64,000 bases of DNA, from contig OX597832.1 of NCBI GenBank assembly GCA_951406725.2, positions 69,688,001-69,752,000 of the forward strand. Direction: 5' to 3'. The notes under the pieces are model-generated. The model was not told the origin of the DNA. It saw only the letters and a list, made by a program, of their open reading frames with translations, and made no database searches. This document shows positions 11,794 to 26,202 of the stretch, in pieces. The translations under genes and the position numbers were made by a program. Within the stretch, counting starts at the first letter, position 1; every line of letters starts with the position of its first letter. The DNA is from Octopus vulgaris (taxonomy: Eukaryota).

Positions 11794-13117
11794 GTAAGTA
11801 TTCAAAAGAATAAAAGTGTTTAATGCGATTACTCTCGCTATTACTTTACTTTGTGATGGGATGTTAGAGAAAAAAGTTGTTAATATTCATTTTCATTTAT
11901 ATAAGACATTCATATAAGATGCCGAAGAAAATATTATCAAAGCTGCGGGAAATCTGGCTGTAGCAGTTCTTTGAGCAATGGCTAATAATATTAATTCATT
12001 CAGTTTCTGAAACTGTGAAACATTGTAACTGGCTTGTGAAATATATTCTCAGAAATGGGAAATACAATATATTTATATATATATGTGAAATATGGTATCT
12101 CGTATATGGAATAATGTTTAAAATTCATTGCTAGATCTGTAAACGAAGATGGGTCCCAGGATCCAATGGTTCGTGAAATAGAATATCTAGGATAGGAAAC
12201 AATTTCTTTACAATATGCAACAAGGTGTCTCGAATGTGAAGAGAGAGAACCTTTGATTTATAATATCAAGTATCTGAAATGCGAATAATTACTCAAGGAG
12301 AAGGTGAGACAGTTAAGATGTCAAACAAGATCGGGAGAGATCGGGAGAGATCAGGGGAGGTCGGTTTATGGATTTGATTTACCTTGGAGAAGCATGTATT
12401 TACCACATGACTTAAACAATCAAAGAAATGTCGAAAACTCTATGTTTGATACATCAGAGCTGAAACTAAATATTTCTCGGTGAATATTTTGCCTAATTAG
12501 TAAATAAATCTATTTCTTTGTGTTTTATAATAAATATGTAAATATTGTAAAAGATACCCCGTGGGATGTCTTCTTTCTAAAAGCAAGCAATTGTTTAAAG
12601 AGAGGGAGACATATCTCAATTCATACGCGGTTTAAGACCAGATTATTCCTGTTATCAGCCGAAACACTTACTTTAGTGTATCTTGGGAAATTCAAGAGCG
12701 CACCACTCTATCTAAGATCAAAATGTCGTTGTTACTATCACTAGTGGTGGGGGTGAAATGTCGGCAGCTTCATATCAGCCTTGATGGAGTAGATTTATAA
12801 TTAAAGATTTTGCAGATATCACTCTTTCCTTTTCAGAAATTTATTTACGATCCAAAAACATGCTTCATATTGACCGTTATTTTACTAAATATTACTCTAT
12901 TTTCAAAATAAATTTGCAAAACGAAAAGGACAATGTATTTTAATAGAAATATAGCAAATGTTTTAAAGGGTGGAGGTTGTGATTCAAAGATGTACGGACC
13001 GCATACAATTATAATCTTCGTTTACATACGAGCACAGAAATATACATATACACACATAAATATATGTACATTCGCGCAAACGCTGAAATAAAATGTAAGT
13101 GCAGCCAATCATAATTT

Positions 13118-13381
13118 AATCATCAACATAGTCACCGTTCTTTTCAATGACATCTTCCCGTCTTTCCCTAAGCCTTTTGATACGATTTTCATAAAATTCA
13201 TTTGATTTTGACTCGAAAAAAAAAAAAAAATACTAGTTTCATTTTTCAACCACTTCGCTTGAAGGAAGCCGAAGTCCTGGAAAATGATTCTGTAACTTCT
13301 AAAAAGATGGTAATCTGTTGGAGCAAGGTCAAGAGAATATATGGTGGGTGAAGTATAACTTCCCAGTCAAATTCTTCTAGG
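13118..13381 (-). mobile_element. Mariner transposase C-terminal fragment
   Basis: Minus strand LEEFDWEVILHPP/YSLDLAPTDYHLF (YSPDLAP motif) and FFESKSNEFYENRIKRLRERREDVIEKNGDY. Confidence 0.92.
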
Positions 13382-13484
13382 AGATATATTCATTACAAAC
13401 TTATACATACACATACACACACACATATATATATATATATATGGCCGCGGCCTTCGGGCTAAAACATTTTAAAGGATCTTAAGG

Positions 13485-13750
<266 letters not shown>

Positions 13751-15721
13751 AGAACGTTGTCTATGCTCATCTGTCCACGTTTGTGCGTGAGTACTGTCTT
13801 TTACTCAGGAGGCAAGACATTGTCACAGGGCCAACAAATCAAGTAGAAGTAAGGAGAGAAAGATATTCTCAAACGTGATGTCTGCCTTGAGTGATTGCAA
13901 CAGAATGGGGTGTGCGACAGGTACGCCAAAGTGACTGGTAGGGGTGCCACAAAACACTGTGCTGTGCTCTATTTACTAGTAGGTAGACTATAACTGAATT
14001 CGAACTCAGAACACAAAATACCAGAACGAATACCTCATGGTGTTGAATCCAATCATCATACAATTCTTGTAATTCACCGCTCATAATTTATGCATATCAT
14101 TTTTTTTACTGACCTTAAAAGGGCGAAAAGCAAAATTTCCCTGGGAGGTATTTGATCTCAGAAAAAACAGAGCCAGAACAAGCATAAGAAAATCATTCTT
14201 TCCAATGCTCTAGTGACTCTACAGATTCGCCAGATTTATCAGGAGAAGAGGTAGCTATTAAATAATGTTTCATCTGTTCTAGAGAGAAATAATATCGTTA
14301 CTTTCAAATCGAAAACTAAACAATTGTAGCGGGAACGAAATCTTAGATCGACTCATTGACTCACAAACATATTTGTATAAATCTGCGCCAGTAAAACTCA
14401 CCACAGATTAATTACATGGCCAGATGAATTTATTATTGTGTGTGTGTGTGTGTGTGTTTTTGTGTATGATTGGGTTTTCCACTATTTGTCTGTCTCGCTG
14501 CCTTTTTTGTTTTATTGTCTTGTTTCTCTCTCTCCCCGTTTCTCTCTATTTGTTTCTCCATTTTCATGTAGACACATCACACACACGGTACAGTGTAGTT
14601 AGTTAATAAGTTCGGTTCATAACCACGAGGTCATGATTTCGATCTAAGTGTGTGGACAAATGTCATTTTGACTGCACTCGAGTGGATCCATAAGTTATGA
14701 TTAAAATTGAGTAAACTTATATCGTAAAGAATCCCGTCGGGTGGGTTGTGCCTATAATTCAAAAGGTACAGCCTTGTCATACGCTGTGTCACAGTTCCAC
14801 TTCCTCAGAATCAATTCAAAGATAGACGTGTCCTTAGAATGCTCAGCTTCTAAAACATTGAAACGGGTGTATCGTATCTAGTTGAGAGAACAACTAAATA
14901 GTCATCGTGGAACAACGATCTATCTGTCTATTTATCTATCTATATAGATTTGTGCATGTACACACCCACATATACAAACCTACACATACATACACATAAA
15001 TGTACCACATACACTACAAACAAACAAGCATACAGTTAGGTATAGCTGTACGGGCATAGCTCTCTATGTTGGAACAATACACTTGTGTGTATGCTTGTTT
15101 TGTTTTCATGTGTGTGTGTGTGTGTGTGAATATTGTGTTTGTGTATGTCCGAGTGAATATGCGTGTGTACTTTACACATACACTCAGGAAAAGACAGAGA
15201 GTGCGAAACAGATATCCTTGTCTGTGTATGTGTATATATAAGTATGCTTATGTGTGTTTACGTATGGCCCAGATGTGTACGTTTGATTATTGTTTTCTTC
15301 TATTTATACATACATACACACGCACACAAATACATATATACATACATATACATATATACGCAAACACGCAATGTATCTGTGTGTATCCTTGTGTACACAT
15401 GAGAATGTGTAATGTACGTATGTTTTCCTTTCTCTCATTCAATGTGTTTTCTTTCTTTCCTTCCCAGTGCACCCAGACGCCGGAAACAATATGCGATGAA
15501 AGTATTTTAATTTCCGTATAAGTGCAAACACATGAGAAGCGTAAATGGATATTTGGAAGTTCTTCGTTTCAATAAATTGGGCGATACTCAGTCACTATGA
15601 ACTGATTGTGTGATGATGTGCTATTCTGTCAAAATAGAATCTACCCAACCACCTGACTTAGCAACATCTAAATACGATATTCCGAATTCATGGAACATTT
15701 CCGTAATGTAGTATTCTCGAG

Positions 15722-15777
<56 letters not shown>

Positions 15778-17462
15778 TATTGTTGTTGTTGTTGTTGTTG
15801 TTCTTGCTGTTGTTGTTCTTGTTCTTGTTGTTCTTGTCCTTGTTATGATCATTATCGTCGACAGAGCGGTGGATTGGCACCGTTCTATTGATGAGCATTA
15901 GAGTATCGAATAAGATGCCTCATGATATTTGTTCTGTTTTTTTTTTACAACTGGGTTCAGTTCCAATCAGGTTCCATAAAATAAAAGACAAATATTGAGA
16001 TCAATGCTATTCACTAATCCATTCTTCTGAAAATTGCTAGCTTTGTGCCTAATCATTAATCTTTATTATGACCATCACTGGGTAATTCGGTGGACTGTCG
16101 TAAAAATCCTTCACCATATTTGCTCCGGTTGTTCAAACCACATTGATGTCAACTTTGCTTTATTTCTCACCAAAATTAATTTTCAGTCAACTTTTAAGGT
16201 CAATTTGATTATTTCCCTGCTATTGAAATTTCTGTCTTTGAGTCGAAATTTGACTGCATTTTCATTGTTAGCGCAGTTCTATTGGCAATTATAATAAAAA
16301 TTTAAATAATTGTGTTTATTACCGCCTATCTTTTATTTTTATTGTTTATGTTTCGCCCTAATCCAGCGTTGATCAACTCAAGCTATGATTAAATACATTT
16401 CAATCGTGACCATTTCATCAGATCTTTCAGATTTAGCGAAATATAGACCACTTTATCGAACATCTTGTTCTTGCGCTAGAATATTGCACTGTTGAAAATA
16501 ACAGTTAGATATCTCTGAAACCAAGCTCTTATGTGTTTTACAATATATTTTGGCAGGCTGGTTTATGGGTCGATTCTATCGAATTTGAATCTATCATTGC
16601 AGAGTTCAACATATCTTACTGAGATAAAACCATAATTAATTGAATAGGAGACTCATAGAGATGAAGGGTTGTGAAGCATACCATTTTTTTTTTAGAATGA
16701 CCTATTAACTACTTCTCATTTAGGATCGAGTGTCTCGACCCAATTTAATAAAAATGACATACACATTGGACAGGTCATCAAGGATCTAGAAAAATAACTG
16801 GTGATTATGCTAAAAATTCTTTAATCTCACGTTTTCTCCATCGATGCTTAGCTGCGAGGGAAGGATTACAACCACAGCGACAATAACAACAACAGTTGCA
16901 GCAGCTCAAGACACTCTAAATAAAATTGGAGATTTAGTCGACTGCACGATTTGATGTCCTCACCTGGCCTTTAGGTTCCCGGTTGTAAATCTGAAGAAAA
17001 TATGCCCTCTTTCTCTTACCCATCACTCAGGAGAGTCTCAAAGATTCAATCATCCTTCCATATCGTCTCCAACAAAATCAATCATAAAGAAGACATTTTC
17101 CATGAATTAGAAAGATTATCAGACCCAGGAGATTATCAAACCCACTTTTCATAATTTTTTTATTTCACTTTAAATTCATAGTTATTCATAGTTATTACAA
17201 TATCAAATTAACAACTAGAAATATGTCTCAGCTCTTCCTTCCGTCATGTTTAAACTATAACGCTCGATATTGTTTCATAAAGTACGACTCACTATTATAT
17301 CCCTGATGGTGTTCCTTATTTAGAGTTGTTTATAGCACAAAACTCGAACCAGCTTTCTCATCTGTCCAGCAAATAATATATATATCTATTTCTTTCTTTC
17401 TCTCTGTACACACACACACGTTAATATATGTGTGTGTGTGTGTTCGTGTGTGTGTGTGTGTA

Positions 17463-17539
<77 letters not shown>

Positions 17540-17805
17540 TCTATATGCAAGTATAAATGTTGAAGCTGCCGAAATCACGGGCATTAATCAGTTTCCAGTG
17601 GGAAATAAGATCACTTGCGATATTTCATTTCCAATTATGTCTAACTTTACCGTTTGTTCCAGCCAAATGGCTTTTTATTTTTAATCTATTATAAACGCAT
17701 TTTCAATTTATTCCAGTTTCCATTGTCTCATGCATACATACTTGTATATGTATGTGTGTGTGTACGTGTGTCTGTGTGTGCGTATACGTGCACGCGTGTG
17801 TGTAC

Positions 17806-17864
<59 letters not shown>

Positions 17865-17912
17865 ATGTATGTATGTATGTATGTATATATGTATGTATAT
17901 ATATATATATAC

Positions 17913-17944
<32 letters not shown>

Positions 17945-17985
17945 GTATATATATATGTATGTATGTATATGCATACGTATGTACA

Positions 17986-18022
<37 letters not shown>

Positions 18023-18069
18023 CATATATTGAACTGTCAACTAGTAGAGGGGCAAATATATATATGCAG

Positions 18070-18122
<53 letters not shown>

Positions 18123-18645
18123 CCCTCTGGTATCTGACTGTTCAATAAATATAAGCGAATTCCATATTTTTGTGTCCAATCACAATTTTTTACAATGCTC
18201 ATAATATTTTCATATTTGCTGTGATTTATCTCTCCGCTTTATACGTTTGATGGTTTTGATGCTGGCTTTTATATTAAAAAGAAAAACAAGCAGTCGCCGG
18301 ATTATGTTAACGAATATAAAAAAACAAAACAAAACAAATAACTCAGAAATTCTGCTATATTTGTGGAAAATATTTCGTATGTTTGTTTGACCATCACAAT
18401 CATCATCCTACTTCTCATCCTCAATATCATCATCATAATCATCATCTTCTTCATCGTCGTCATCATCATCTTCATCATCATTATCAATTATCGTCAGCTG
18501 CAGCAGTATCACGGCTACAACCATTATTTTCGATTTAATAATCATTATCGAAACCTGTCAGTTACTGGGACTCAGGGTATCGACACCGCAACTTGAAAGT
18601 GGTGACTCTGTGTCAACATCAAAACCTATTATTGTTATTATTATT

Positions 18646-19183
18646 GAGTGAGAGAGCAGTTCATGCCATCAAAGTGACACTGGGGTAAAATATACGAAGC
18701 CCAATATACCCATCATGACTACCCGTCTGATAAAGGTACACCAGGCACATGCATCACAACCATATGTGCGCGACATGGTGATCTCATATCAAGATAAACA
18801 GCACATGACCTTGCAGGTGGGGCCCAGTTAGAATTTTCTTCATTTTGAGTAGCCCATCCTGCTCAAACGGTCCCTGAATAAGGGTTGTTTAAGGATGTTG
18901 AAAGAACCACCCATGTTTCCAGAGGTGAACTATTCAAACCCCAAAGAATCCCTCTCAACACATGGCTATGATGCTCCCCCACTACTTCTGCTCGTGATCA
19001 GAGATGCACATATCGCCAGCCACTAAGGGACATGCTCAACTGGTTAAGGTCAAACAACTGACAAGCAAATCTGTGGTATTGAGCAGAATATTTGCTGTAG
19101 CCCATCTTTTATACCAAGACAAAACAATGTACATGATAACACTTCCAATCAGTTAAGATCAGAAGCCATGAGAGCCACTGCCT
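18646..19183 (-). mobile_element. ~540-bp non-coding element, copy 1, in (AAT)n
   Basis: Highly similar to 19250-19804 but ~20 nt shorter at the putative 5' end; bounded by (TTA)n. Orientation inferred from the invariant end abutting (AAT)n. Confidence 0.8.
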
Positions 19184-19188
19184 TATTA

Positions 19189-19249
<61 letters not shown>

Positions 19250-19804
19250 GAGTGAGAGAGCAGTGCATGCCATCAAAGTGACACTGGGGTAAAATATACG
19301 AAGCCCAGTATACCCATCATCACTACCCGTCTGATAAGGGTACACCAGGCACATGCATCACAACCATATGAGCGCGATATGGTGATTTCATATGAAGACA
19401 AACAGCACATGACCTTGCAGGTGGGGCCCAGTTAGAATTTTCTTCTGGTCGAGAACCCATCCCACTCAAAGGGTCCTTGAATAAGGGTTATTTAAGGATG
19501 TTAAATGAAACACCCATGTTTCCAGAGGTGAATTATTCAAACCCCAAAGAATCCCTCTCAACACATGGCTATGATGCTCCCCCACTACTTCTGCTCGTGA
19601 TCAGAGATGCACATATCGTCAGCCACTAAGGGACATGCTCAACTGGTTAAGGTCAAACAAGTGACAAGCAAATCTGTGGCATTGAGCAGAATATTTGCTG
19701 TAGCCCATCTTTTATACCAAGACAAAACAATGTACATGATAACACTTCCAATCAGTTAAGATCAGAAGCCATGAGAGCCACTGCCTCGTACTGCATCAGG
19801 GCAT
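19250..19804 (-). mobile_element. ~555-bp non-coding element, copy 2, in (AAT)n
   Basis: Direct repeat of copy 1, separated from it by ~66 bp of (TTA)n. Confidence 0.8.
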
Positions 19805-19814
19805 GATATTATTA

Positions 19815-19866
<52 letters not shown>

Positions 19867-19905
19867 GCATAATATTATTATTATGCATATTATTATTATT
19901 ATTAC

Positions 19906-19969
<64 letters not shown>

Positions 19970-19974
19970 CTTTA

Positions 19975-20610
19975 CTGCACTGGACGAAACGCCTAGTAAC
20001 CTTTTGTCTGTATTTTGAGTTCAAATTCCATCGAGGTTGACCTTGCCTACCATCCTCTCGGGATTGATTTAATAAATGGCAGTCGAGCACTCAATGCCAC
20101 CGACTAACCCCTCACCCGAAATTGCTAGCCAAGTGCCAAAATTTGAAACACTTATTGTCATTACTGTTAATATTGTTGTTGTTAAGGCCGTAAGCTGGCA
20201 GACTCGTTACCGCACCGGAGAAAATGCTTAGCGTCATTTCGTCCGTCTCTACGTTGTGAGATCAAATTGCGCCGATGTCGACTTTACCTTTTTCCATTCG
20301 GAGTTGATAGATAGAATAAGCACCAGTCGAACAATGGGGTAACCGACTAGCGCCCTCCTCTAAAAGTTCAGGACTATATTAGAAAGGGTTATTACTATTA
20401 AGTCAGCTAGGTAGCAGAATTGTTAGCGCGTCGGACAAAGTGCATAGCAGCTTTCCTTCCGGTGCTGAGATCAAATTCATCCGAGGCTGGCTTTACATTT
20501 TGTACTTTCAGAATCGATAAAGTAAATACCAGTGAAACACCGGCGTCAACATATTCAACTACCCCCCCCCCCCCTCACCTGCAATCGCTGGTCTCGTCCC
20601 AAACTTAGAA
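19975..20610 (+). mobile_element. Three head-to-tail SINE family B copies
   Basis: Three successive tgag(t/a)tcaaatt...gact/gcttt cores at ~20015, ~20255, ~20465. Confidence 0.8.
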
Positions 20611-20751
20611 GTAAACTCGACGAAATTTGACACGATAACTTAGAAGTCGAAATATAATCTATATCTTATTTCACAGAACGCTACAACCACTCTGCTAAAT
20701 CATCACATCCGATAAAACTTTTCAAATTGTCTGGTTGCTAATTTGAGTATC

Positions 20752-21106
20752 TTTACTCTTTTATTCTGTTACTTATTTCAATGATCTAACTGCGGCCAAG
20801 CTGGGGCACAGCTTTGATGTGATATTATTTGGGCAAATTGACCCAGTACGCATTTTAATTTTGGTAGTTATCCTATCAGTGCCTTTTGCCGCGTCTCTAA
20901 TTGATGGCAACATTAACAAACTAACCCCGGTTTTCAAAGAATAAGGAATACACATACACCCGCACGTACCACTCTCGGAAATATAATCACCCGATGAGCT
21001 TCGAAACCGTTTCTGTCCAGTAGAAAACACTTATCCAATGTGCCACTCATTTGAATTGAACCCGAACCAGCTTCTTGCAACAGAATCTTCTTAACCATAC
21101 AGCCAT
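20752..21106 (-). mobile_element. SINE family A, diverged
   Basis: Minus strand atggctgtatggttaagaag...gggttcaattc head and cagcttggccgcag tail. Confidence 0.7.
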
Positions 21107-21844
21107 GATTTATCATTGTTTGTTTGTTTCTTCTTTTGTACACACATGTCACTAAAACATCTCACTAAAACATCATCACTTATCTTTGAACGGAATTCTT
21201 TTTCAACCACGTGACGTAGGCAACGTATTTAAGATCTGTATTTATCAACAGTCGACATAATTTGATGTTTTGGCCATCAATTTTAAATACGGTTTGATTT
21301 CAATGGGACCTTAATGTGGATCCTTTGTTTTAGGGATATCAGAAACATTTTGTCTGGATTTTGCCAGATATTGTTGTTTATATGAGAAGTGAAATAAGCT
21401 TGACCCACACATTTACGTGTTATGTTCTATGTCATTTCATATCCTTTCCGAAGAAATCATAACACAGCGATTCGCTTCCCTTGTTTTCTGTAGCTCAGAT
21501 TTCCCAAGCCTCTACACTACATACAATTCTGCTGCGTATACATACATCTAAAAGTGTGGTTGCTGTCGTCATTAGTATTCCCCTTGTTAGTTCGAATGTG
21601 TTTTAGTTCATATTCCATTTTTCAAATGCAGGGGACAATACAAATTCAAAATAGTTTGATTGATGCTATATACTATTTGCGACTAAATGTCCAAGATATA
21701 TGAAACTGCGTACTTTTCAGAAACAACATCGTCAACACAAATAAGCAATGCTTTTGTATTAATTTCTTCCGGGACATTAAACGCCGGCGGCTTTTAAGTG
21801 ATTTCTCTTTATAGAGAAGAATAGTATTACATTTTCTACATATA

Positions 21845-21886
<42 letters not shown>

Positions 21887-21951
21887 CACTTCTCTCTTAC
21901 GCACACATACACTCGTGTGTTTATATGATTATGCATGTTTATATAAATGCA

Positions 21952-22005
<54 letters not shown>

Positions 22006-23341
22006 CGTATATATATATACATATACTTATGCACATAAGCAATCTAATACAATGCGATGTAATATGATATAATATAATAGAACACGCACTCGCACACATA
22101 CGCTCACTTGCACACACGCATTTATATCCTTGTAAAATTTCTTGCACAAAGAGAGAAAAAGAGAGTGAGAGCGGACTGAAAAAGGCCCGATGCCAATGCT
22201 CGGTTCATACTTTATGGATATTGGAAATGATGTAAGGTAAAGCTAACCTTGGTGGGATTAGAACACAGCGCATGTAGCCGAGACAAATACCACAGAACAT
22301 TCACCCCGATCTGCTAACGATTCTGCTGACTCGTTGCTTCCATAACTAAACATAGACACTCAAACGCATGCACGTACCACCTCTCCCACATCACACATGC
22401 AAATAAACAAACTTCTAAACTCAAAACTAATCACAGAACAGAGACAAACGCATATACACGCACACACGCGTATACACACGCACACACATAGCCGCACTCC
22501 CCACCCCCACCCCCCAGTCACACACACGTGTATAGATTATCATTAGAACACTGACTTCTATTTGAAGCACAAACTCAAAAAGTTTTGAGGAGGAAATTGA
22601 TGAAAACCGATTTCATCATTTCATCGATATTTATTTCACCAATCTTGGTGTGATTTGAACTCAAACTTCAAAAAATGCAAATATGTTTGTCCAACTAACA
22701 CGTTGCTTCACAGCAGCATGTTTTCCGGTTCAATCCATCTCTGCCGAGAAGCCTCTGAGTTGGGGCCACTTGGCTATAGATAAAAGGTCGGGAATCAACA
22801 GCAGTTTTAAGAAACCTATTTCGTCGTAGAACAGGGCTTTTTACACGGGTACGATGGGGTGGGAGCGGGTGTCTATATGCAATATAGAGCACTTAACTAA
22901 AAATTAAACCCGAACATTAGATAGCTGCTCTTTTAACATCTAAATATTATTTATCCTCAGGCCAACTCTCGTGAAAATTTATATTCGATTTAATATCCAT
23001 ATCATAAGTACATCCAAGAGATGAATGCCGTTGAAATAGAAGAATCAAAGTAAAATTAATTCATGGTTCGATTCATGGTTATTTTATTGTTTAGCCCCAG
23101 GTTCCATGCTATGAGTGTAGCACTAGGATGTCATTAGAGCGAAACTATTGCTACTATTTCTAGCAAATATATCCAGCATCTCCGAAGTCTCTCATCGGAA
23201 CTAATTCCACGCTCAACCTTTTCTCTCGTAGGCTATTTCTCTTAATTCGTCGTTAAATTATCAAACGAAGAATATAATTTTTATTACTAAATGGAAATAT
23301 TGACGTAATCATAAAGCTTATCATTTTTCTAGGCTACGTCT

Positions 23342-23409
23342 TATGTATGTATGTATGTATGTATGTATGTATGTATGTATGTATGTATGTATGTATGTAT
23401 GTATGTATG

Positions 23410-23445
<36 letters not shown>

Positions 23446-23712
23446 ATCTATCTATCTATCTATCTATCATCTATCTATCAATCTTTCTTTCTTTCTTTCC
23501 TTCTTTCTCTCTCTCTCTATATATATATATAGGTATATATATATACAAACATACATACAATACATACAAAACATGCATACGTACATACATACATACATAC
23601 ACACATACATACATATATATATATACATACACATATATATATATATATATATATTTGTATGCATGTATATGTATGTATATGGAAATATATATATCGATAT
23701 ATATATATGCAT
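23342..23712. repeat. Compound microsatellite (TATG)n(TATC)n(CTTT)n(TA)n(CATA)n
   Basis: Direct reading. Confidence 0.95.
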
Positions 23713-24360
23713 ATACTTTGCCAATGCTAATTTAAAGACGTAGTTGATTATATGAAAATTATCTTGCTCTCATAAATGACAATCTCTCCACCGAACGTAT
23801 GTTGTGTCAGGCAATAAACTGTTCCGTGTGGCAGATATTTAACTCGAACAAATTTTAACAATGTGGCTTTAATATCTTGTCCTTTGATACGACGCATAGT
23901 TGAATAATCATTGTGCTGCCGCGATATATATAAATGTTGTTTCACTCAAATTATTCCGGTGACAAATGGAAAATCCCAAATGAAGTTTGAACCAATTTAA
24001 AGAGACAGTTACGAATGAGTGAGGGGATTGTGAGTGTGGAGGAAACATAGTGTGTGGTTGTGACATAGAGGGGGAAGGGGTAAATATGTGTGTATGTGTG
24101 TACTTTTATATGTGTATAGTAAGAATAAATGTACGTACTTTAGTATAAACGCTGATGCATACACGCACACACAAATATATATATGTATACATTATGAGAG
24201 GTAATGGTGTCATTGAGACCCAAAGGTGTCAGGTAATGCTGAATAAGTGCTATAGATAGACCATAGTTAAGTTCCAAGTTCGGTGATTTTGCCAATAAGG
24301 GGTTTAACGTTGGTCCTATGTCAGTGTGTGCATATAATTTTTTTTTCGTAATGAGATACA

Positions 24361-24560
24361 AGAAACCAAGGCTGATTAGATTTTAGAGCATTTATTGATA
24401 GAAGGTCTTACAGCTGTTTCCAGGATATTTATTATATCCCTTCATCGGAGACGATGTGAGAGGATAGTTAAGTAATAGTTAATTTAGATATGATACAAAA
24501 CAGAGAGTGAGGTGGTGGAAAGAAAATAGATGTGAGATATGGATCCATATCTGACATCAA
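24361..24560 (-). mobile_element. PLE pseudo-LTR remnant carrying the hammerhead
   Basis: Hammerhead plus AATAAA, pyrimidine-rich leader on the minus strand, fold-back junction at 24529-24558. Confidence 0.6.
24405..24452 (-). ncRNA. Minimal type I hammerhead ribozyme (CCGAUGA core variant), PLE pseudo-LTR type
   Basis: Minus strand GTCT-CCGATGA-A-GGGATAT-AATAA-ATATCCT-G-GAAA-CAGCTG-TA/AGAC: 4-bp stem I, 7-bp stem II, palindromic stem III ACAGCTGT, GUA triplet, AATAAA 8 nt past stem I. Confidence 0.8.
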
Positions 24561-24589
24561 TATCCCTTGACCTATGACAGAGCCCTTGA

Positions 24590-25600
24590 CCTATGCCAGA
24601 TGATTCCACGATCAATGTTGTCAAACGCTTCAGCAAGATCAAAGTATATGCAGCCAGTATCCATTCCATTCAGGAGATTATTGAGGATAGTGTTATGGTG
24701 TTGTAATAGTCAGGCAACCATGTCCAGTCCGAAAACTATGCTGTGTATTATCTATGAGATTGTATTCCTCAAGATATGCATTTATTCTTTTCCGAAAAAT
24801 TGACATGTGAGAGAAACAGTTCCGTAAGTTTTAGCTTCAACCCTGCTACCGCCTTCATGGATAAGTGTTACGGTTTCTTCTTTCAATAGTTCTGAGAATA
24901 TTCCAGTTTCAAGCGAGATAAAGCCCTGCTATGGTATCGACTCAAGTGTACACATATCTGTGATGAACCATTCGTATATGATCCATTTTGGTCCATTTGT
25001 GGGCCAATCTGATTTTTATTTAGCAAAATGAAAAAGAACTTAGGATTAAATTTTATATTTTCCACTGCTCGATGTTCCTTTAGGAAAGTTTCTTTTTCAT
25101 AAGATGTTTTGAGGTCTAGTTCAATGTTCCTTATTTTCTTACTTTTTTTCGCAATCTCGTCTGACGAGAGAGTTGAGATCTTCAGCTGTTTTGTCACTTT
25201 GGTTCTGTTACGCATTAGTATCCGTCTATCCCATGGAATCACATTTTTGCAGAAATAGGGATGTTTATATGGAGCATGTATCTGACAGACCATGGCTATC
25301 TGGTCGTACAGTAACGTCATTCCCTCGTTAAAATTGAAGTTAGCAATATGCTGCGATCAGTTTGTTTTGAGGATCTAACTTTCAATTTCTTTCCAGTTGG
25401 CCTTCCTAAAATTCACGTTCATAAGGGGTAAGTCATATTTGGTATTACTTGCGCGTGTTGTTATCTTTGAACCATATACAGTTATGTTGCGGCCAGAAAT
25501 AAATGTTGGAATGTCCTGAACATTGTTTAAGAAAGTATGTATTAGTGGTAAAGACTAGGTCGAGTATTGTATTTTCCCTTGTGATGATTTTTTACATGAG
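24590..25600 (-). mobile_element. CR1-group LINE ORF2 fragment (endonuclease end to RT start), internally deleted
   Basis: Minus strand AVENIKFNPKFFF...IGPQMDQNG, then YLEEYNLIDNTQHSFRTGHGCLT and CIYFDLAEAFDNIDRGII (QHGFR and D..KAFD motifs). Confidence 0.85.
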
Positions 25601-25674
25601 AAAGACTCTTCTGTTTCGTTTTCTAGTTCCAGATTGAATGTAGCCCTCAGGCCAGTTGCTTTGAATTCTTAGTA

Positions 25675-25727
<53 letters not shown>

Positions 25728-25751
25728 ACCTGACTCACTCTGTGTCTGTAT

Positions 25752-25803
<52 letters not shown>

Positions 25804-26202
25804 TAATAGAGAAAGAGATAATAATCCGCCATTGGCAGGTTACACTTAAAATGAAAATATTTAGTCTGAGGCTTTCGACATTTCCAGATTTCGAAACGAC
25901 TGATTCTAAAAAATATATCTGGAATAAAAGGTAACAACAAAACATCACATTTTATACTTTGAAGAATAATTGCTGAGTAGCATAAAACCTGGTTCTGTAC
26001 AGAATACAGCTACGTAGTTTAATGGAATATCTTTCAATTAGTCGAGCAAGGAATCCTTTGTGACTGCGAGGAATCAAATAATTATACATTGTAAGTAAAT
26101 CATGGATTAAAATAATGAAGAATTTCTAATCTTTATGAATTGGTTTAACCTTTAGCCACGAATGACTAACTTTCATTTCTTTTCTTGTATAATTTTTTTC
26201 AG

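Noticed and set aside
16385-16428. Minus-strand CTGATGA...GAAA
   Set aside because: Stems II, III and I are too weak to form a hammerhead.
17283-17297. 15-nt match to a T7 promoter variant (TACGACTCACTATTA)
   Set aside because: Lacks the leading TAA and the downstream GG; no vector context; most likely chance.
24140-24361. ORF containing LTPLGLN, similar to the PLE C-terminal motif
   Set aside because: Only a short motif, with no GIY-YIG residues upstream; insufficient.
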